A DNA stretch of 13,500 nucleotides. Origin: Selaginella moellendorffii. Lineage: Eukaryota; Plantae; Lycopodiophyta. The translations under genes and the position numbers were made by a program. Positions within the stretch are counted from its first letter, which is position 1. Each line of letters begins with the position of its first letter. This document shows positions 8,084-13,500 of the stretch, in pieces. The DNA is taken from contig NW_003314554.1 in the NCBI RefSeq assembly GCF_000143415.4, positions 1-13,500 on the forward strand, in the 5' to 3' direction. A model generated the notes under the pieces. It made no database searches and had not been told where the DNA came from. It saw nothing but the letters and a program-made list of their open reading frames with translations.

Positions 8084-10876
8084 TTAATGAATCTCACCTT
8101 GAACCCGAGTTATGAATGCTCTTGCTGCATCTCTTGCATGGTCTGGCAAGGTGATGGTGGCACTCTGCTTCCGCATCCAACCATGCACAACATTATCCAC
8201 CGATATGCTCATGCTGGGATCCCTTGGATTCAGCACCCATCTCTTTTCTAGGCAATCCTTCGTATATCCGGAACTTGGCTTGAACCACTCCACAGTTACA
8301 TTGAAGGAGTTAGTTTCCGCGTCCTCCTCTACATCAGTGATGCAGCGCCCCACCCATATCATTTGTTTTTTATTACTGGGTCTGACAAGCACGACCATTC
8401 CTTTGCAGACCTATACTGGATTGAATGCTGAATCCGGCTTCTTGTTCCTCGGCCCACAATAGTGATCCTCAACATCGTTATCTGTCACTGCATTTCCAGA
8501 GGACATTGTTCCGCTACTATCTGGTGCTCTGGGTTCTGGCCAAAAGGACTCTTCCAATTCTTCATATACAACCGGCCCATTTTGGATAGCAGATATAATC
8601 TTCTCCCAGTATTCGAGCAAAGGCTTGCACCTCTGAAAATAGGATTCTCCACCAAACACCAACCCCCTCTTCCAGAAGGCAATATGCTGTCTAATCCCGG
8701 CCACTATACTTTCCTGGTCTTTGAGTCCATCCGGGTGCATCGGCCGTGGGGAACCCTGAGGAATCATAGGTTCCCCAGTTATGGGATCTCTCTTGAAGAG
8801 TTCAATGCCGTCCACTGGCAGCCACACTGTGTCCCATTCTCTCATCTTGTACCTCATCACTGGAGCACCGTCACACATGCTGAAATGAAACTGAAGAGGC
8901 TTGGAGTGGCCAATCAGCGTTTCGGATCCGTCCCTGATGTAGCCTCTTACAAACCCCTTAAAGTCTGGAACCTCTGTCACAAGTGCAGCTTCAACAGTGC
9001 CTTTGATGCAATTTTGGAATTCATCGTAGAGTTGTGGGAGGGTGAGGACATTGGATCGCCGGAGGGACTCTGCCAGGTGACTGAACATGGCATCGACGTC
9101 TTCATGAGTGTGCCCAACCATGAGAAAGCCAAGTGTAACCGTTTCAAATATGCCTTTGGCAACAAGCATCGCCAAGTACGCGAAGACGTACATGTTTTTG
9201 TTCTCACTGCCAGCATTGTCTGTTTGGAGCAGAAGATGGGGTGGAAGGCCACATCGGCCGCAAGAACTTCCTTGAGATTCTGCTTCGTTTGGATGAGGCT
9301 GTGCATTCACCGGGCGACCAGCCTCGTCGGAATGGCATGAGGCCTCACGTGATAACCCTACAATCTGACGGCCAACATATTCACTGGGATGGCATGGGGC
9401 CCCACGCGATACTGCAAGCCTTTGCTCCTCCTCCAGCTGAACCCTGTATGGGGTTCGATCGACAAGGGCCTTATGCAAGGGTTGGCCGTTCAGCTCAGTC
9501 TGCGCACTTTGCAGAGACCTTAAGTGTTTTGCTAGGGACGCAATCATCATGTTTGCACCCCCGCCACCCCATAGAGGTACAAAGAAGTTCCCATAGTTCT
9601 GGGCACCATGCCCATGAGCGATTATGCCAAACAGAGACACAGGCAGCTGCATGGATGAAGAGATTGCCTTGGGGGCAGGATTGAGTCGAGGTAAGCACGT
9701 CTTTTTCTGGTCCATTTTGTCGTGGATGATGCAGAGGTAAGAGTCAAGTCTCTCCATGGAGAGAATCCTGTTATGATAATATGCAGTCCTGCAGCTTCTC
9801 TGCTCGATGTTGTGGTCGAGCCGCCTTCTAACCAACGTCTCTCGCTCTTGAGCGCTGCAAGAATTCTTCGACAAAGCCATTTTGATAGCAGTGCACTCGT
9901 CACACTTTGAAAAGCTGGAGTACTTTCCTATACTCACATCCCTGAACCTGTTGCTCCACAATCTACTAAATCTAGATTGGCTCAGCTTCCTGTAGCCATT
10001 ACTCTGGAGTTCCCGATTCACATCTTCCAATATGGCCCCCTTGGTATACATGGAAGGGAGAACTCGTTGGGTGTCTCGTGTTCCATCTTCCAAGAGGCGG
10101 GTTTTATGTGGTTGCTGCTCGCTACATGTCTCGACAAACCTCTTGAAGATTGCCTCTCCATATACAACATGACCCCTGGTTTTGTGCGTACCGTCGTTCC
10201 CATGGACTGCCTGTTGAACCCTTTGTTCCTCGAACTCAGTTTTGATTCTGTAGAATGTGGTTCGAGGGACTCCATAAATGATTCTCCATGCCTTCATGCA
10301 GACCAAACCCCTCTGGAAGACCATGCCCCTCACCTGATGTTCTGAAGCATCAACAGATGACCGTAATGCCTCATACACAAAATTGCGAGCTGCCTTCCAG
10401 GACAATGTCTTGTATCTTGCTCTCTCCTCTTCAATAGCATCCCAATCAGCATGTTGACAGCACCTCCTCTTGCAACAAGCAACTGTCGAGACCATTCGAA
10501 CCTCCATCGCCATTTTCTGCCTTTTCGGTTCGTTGCTCAGATCCCTTTGGCTGCGCTTTAGGAAGGTGTACTTTCTTTTCCCATGAAGAGATGTTCTGTC
10601 ATCAGTTGTAGTGGTGTTTGATTGTGAATCCTTCACATTCTCAAACACTAAGTGCCTCAATTTCCACCGCACAATGCTTCCAATAGTCAGACTGTTTTCT
10701 TCTGTGTCAACAACCTCTAAAATCGCAACTCCAATATCATCCCAGCCCAATTCTTGATTAGCAACCGCATCTCTTGGATCGACAACTATGGCTAAGCCCT
10801 CAGCTACCACCTCCCCCTCGGGGTTGTTTAGAAACACTTTTGCCTGAATCCATGTAGCACGGTTTTTAAGATCCAT
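8084..10876 (-). pseudogene. DDD-type transposase (Sola-like/DUF7869 family), ~930 codons with one in-frame TAG at 8411-8413
   Basis: The 821-aa ORF has CCKRRCC, an HTH-like region (AWRIIYGVPRTTFYR), FSKCDEC...H and catalytic-type motifs IIHDKMDQ, LLLQTDNAGSENKN and FLMVGHTHEDVDAMFS. ORF 8084-8398 is in the same frame (…AFNPV*VCKGMVVLVRP…). The start is uncertain because the gap begins at 10880. Confidence 0.85.
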
Positions 10877-10879
10877 GGA

Positions 10880-11152
10880 NNNNNNNNNNNNNNNNNNNNN
10901 NNNNNNNNNNNNNNNNNNNNNNNNNNNNNNNNNNNNNNNNNNNNNNNNNNNNNNNNNNNNNNNNNNNNNNNNNNNNNNNNNNNNNNNNNNNNNNNNNNNN
11001 NNNNNNNNNNNNNNNNNNNNNNNNNNNNNNNNNNNNNNNNNNNNNNNNNNNNNNNNNNNNNNNNNNNNNNNNNNNNNNNNNNNNNNNNNNNNNNNNNNNN
11101 NNNNNNNNNNNNNNNNNNNNNNNNNNNNNNNNNNNNNNNNNNNNNNNNNNNN
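10880..11152. other. Assembly gap (273 N)
   Basis: Run of N. Confidence 1.
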
Positions 11153-11153
11153 T

Positions 11154-11463
11154 CTGAAAGTGCAGAAAAGAAGTTAAGACCATACAAAAAATGATTGGAG
11201 AATGGCCTAAATCATAACATACCAAACAACCTCAATAGCATGAGGCCACATGCCATTATTCAAACATGCTATTGATACCCACGTGAAATTTCGCATTCAC
11301 AAAATTGGCATGAGGCCTCATGCCATCTTGATATACACACAGCTGCAGGCAAGTAAAAACATACATGACAATACGCTAGCCATGAAATTGCAAGGGCCCA
11401 AGATGGCATGTGGCCTCATGCCATTTCTAAATGTGGTCCTAAGCCATTCCATGGTGAACATAC
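11154..11463 (-). other. Predicted spliceosomal intron upstream of the transposase exon
   Basis: Donor CTG|GTATGT at 11463; branch/pyrimidine tract/acceptor CTTAACTTCTTTTCTGCACTTTCAG| ending at 11154. Confidence 0.6.
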
Positions 11464-11518
11464 CAGGAAGCACAAGTGCCGAATATCAAGAGGAAGCGGT
11501 AGCCACACCAAAGACAGT

Positions 11519-11720
11519 GCCGCTCGCAACACCGCAACTACTCGTAGCGCCGCTCGCAACACCGCAACTGCTCGTAGCGCCGCTCGCACAAACTGCCACT
11601 CGCATAAACTGCCACTCGCAATGGCGCTCGCAATGCCGCAACCGCTCGTAGACGCATAAACCACAGCCCACAACGCCGCTTACACAAGCAGCGCTCACTG
11701 CGCTCAGCGGAACCAAGAAC
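11519..11720. repeat. CG-rich tandem repeats (30-bp x2.3, 16-bp x2, recurrent CGCTCGCA/CACTCGCA core)
   Basis: GCCGCTCGCAACACCGCAACTRCTCGTAGC at 11519 and 11549, partial at 11579; AAACTGCCACTCGCA twice at 11590-11620. Confidence 0.9.
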
Positions 11721-11989
11721 ACGGCGCACAAAAATGATAGACCTAGGAATGAGTTCGAGAATTCAAAAATAACACACGCTTGAACGTCACATCAAATCCT
11801 CTGACAAACCAGATCTTATGATTCCTCTGACAAATTTCAAACTGAGTAGCTTCTAGACTTTGCTGTCGGAGGTTGAACTTTGTCACATCATGTCCTTGCC
11901 TCGATCCAGCTGTACCATGTCAGCGATCCGCGCCAAGATTATTCGCCGTGTAAAGGAATAATTACGCTGTGTGTGTACGTCCATTTATG

Positions 11990-13390
11990 GCAATATAAGG
12001 CCACACGCCATTCAAAGAATAATGCTCGACATAAGGCCACACGCCATTCAAAGAATAATGCTAGTCGAGCATTTTTTGGTGCATTTTTGGGTTCAAAATT
12101 GCATGAGCCCACACGCTATAAAGTTTACCTGTACCAAAAATAGAAACAGCTTTATTTACTTGGGAATTTAAGTGGTTGAGGCATTTTTAAACTTACAAAC
12201 ACATGCCCTACTTACATTCCTTTGGTTGCCTAAAATTCAAAAATATTATAAACCTTTCTTTTTGCATTTTCAATGTTTTCAATTATGGTTTTTGATTTTC
12301 GTAGGACCAGCCTAGTAATCTATTTGCATCCCGTCATGTTTATAGCTAGCTTTCGTTCGTCCCCTTCGCTAGCCTGAGATACATCTGCTCGGCATCTGCC
12401 TCTTACAGCATTTGCCCAGAAAGGGCATCTTTCTTCACGCAGCATTTGCCACATGTTTAGGGTTTAAGGTTTAGGGTTTAGGGTTTAGCAATTCAGTAGC
12501 TTGATAAACATGCAAATACAGAACTTGATGCAAAATCCTTTGATATGTCACAATGCCCCTAGGACCATAAACACATTTCAATAGAGAGGGTCCTTTCATT
12601 TCATAACTCCTTACGTAGATCTTGGTGAAACCAGAGTTAGTGAAGTTAGTTTCTTGTGATCCCGCATCTGATTGTGATGTCCCTTTGCAGTTTCGATGGA
12701 AAGGTCAATGCACACCAAACTGTAAAATCTTGGAGCAAAATAACGGTCGGATCTATGGCAAATGCCCCTGAAACATTGTAAGGCTCGTGTGGTCTCATGT
12801 GGTGTCCGATCGAGATGCTTCTTTGCAGGGTCATCAAGAAAGACATTGTATACCATTCTGTAAAATCTAGTTGCGATCTAACGGTTGGATCTCCAGAAAA
12901 CTCAAAAAAATCTCGCGCGTGTCAGAATATCCTAGGAATATACTCCTATGTGCCCCTGAAAATGGCATGCGGCCCCACGCCATTCAAGAGATAATGCCAA
13001 ATGACGCCGAGAATTTTTTGGTGCATTTTTTGGGTTCAAAATTGCATGAGCCCACACGCTATAAAGTTTATCTTTGCCAAATAGAGAAAAGTTTATCTGT
13101 GTCATGTGAGGTAGTTACAGTCCTTTGTGCTTGGCATCTGCCTCTTGCAGCATTTGCACTGAAAGGGAATTTTTCTCCATTCAACATTTGGCCCTGAAAA
13201 TGGCATGCGCCCACACGCCATTCAAGGAATAACGCCACAGGACGCCTGGATTTTTGGGTTTAAAATGTTTAGGGTTTTTTGGGTTTTTTCAAAATATTTT
13301 GGGTCCAACGTTTTTTGGGTTTCTTTGGTTCAAAATTGCATGAGCCCACACGCTATAATATTGATTTGAGAGAAAAATAGAAACAGATAG
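11990..13390 (+). repeat. Three diverged direct-repeat modules, each pairing two palindrome variants
   Basis: …CACGCCATTCAA..ATAAYGC…GGTTCAAAATTGCATGAGCCCACACGCTATAA recurs at ~11990-12160, ~12955-13100 and ~13190-13390. GGCATCTGCCTCTTRCAGCATTTGC occurs at 12391 and 13133. A 36-bp tandem duplication lies at 11995/12031. Confidence 0.9.
12456..12488 (+). repeat. Interstitial plant telomeric repeat (TTTAGGG)~4.7
   Basis: TTTAGGG TTTAAGG TTTAGGG TTTAGGG TTTAG. Confidence 0.9.
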
Positions 13391-13500
13391 AATTTCTTTA
13401 TTTAGCTGAACATCTGCCATTTTTGGAAATACAAGATGCTTTGGAATATCCAATCATGCATGGTATAAATATAGCGAGGGTATTAAATGATATCCCAATC

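Larger units (their letters stand above)
7104..13356. repeat. Dispersed 22-bp imperfect palindrome ATGGCATG-N6-CAYGCCAT (~17 copies)
   Basis: Copies start at 7104, 7420, 7509, 7916 (half), 9332, 9389, 11235, 11305, 11403, 11990, 12026, 12098, ~12782 (reversed, degenerate), 12962, 13041, 13200 and 13335. 11306-11325 is the perfect palindrome TGGCATGAGGCCTCATGCCA. Confidence 0.92.
6897..13500 (-). mobile_element. Sola-like (DUF7869-type) DNA transposon, boundaries approximate
   Basis: A central transposase is flanked on both sides by AT-rich DNA sharing one repeated palindrome (7104-13356). Composition changes abruptly at ~6897, where the gypsy relic stops. The right end may lie at or beyond the window edge. 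Confidence 0.65.

Noticed and set aside
8462-9340. 292-aa plus-strand ORF and other ORFs overlapping the transposase
   Set aside because: Antisense or frame shadows of the transposase with no recognisable motifs.
10828-11225. ORFs spanning the N run
   Set aside because: Artefacts of the assembly gap.
11250-11731. Short ORFs with repeated peptides (MRPHAI, PLATPQLLVA)
   Set aside because: They are translations of the palindromes and tandem repeats, with no independent coding evidence.
7104-13356. CRISPR array (palindromic repeats with spacers)
   Set aside because: Spacing is irregular (36 bp to over 1 kb), spacers are themselves duplicated, no cas genes are present and the context is eukaryotic.

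Overview
Eukaryotic, most likely plant (TTTAGGG repeats, GT-AG introns), transposon-dense DNA with no host gene, built from three nested or abutting mobile elements, all on the minus strand. (1) ~738-2111: a decayed Penelope-like reverse transcriptase. (2) 2112-~6896: a non-autonomous Ty3/gypsy chromovirus derivative with a 3' LTR containing a satellite array, a polypurine tract and barely recognisable RT/integrase/chromodomain traces. Its sequence is unusually packed with short perfect hairpins, about 19 in series at 4937-5476. (3) ~6897-13500: a DNA transposon encoding a ~930-codon Sola-like/DUF7869-type DDD transposase (8084-10876, one in-frame TAG). It has an N-terminal Tnp1/En/Spm(TnpA)-like domain and a C-terminal beta-barrel-like domain. 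About 17 copies of a 22-bp imperfect palindrome (ATGGCATG-N6-CAYGCCAT) are spread through its flanks, its predicted introns and its own coding linker. An assembly gap lies at 10880-11152. All family assignments are motif recognition by eye; no searches were run.
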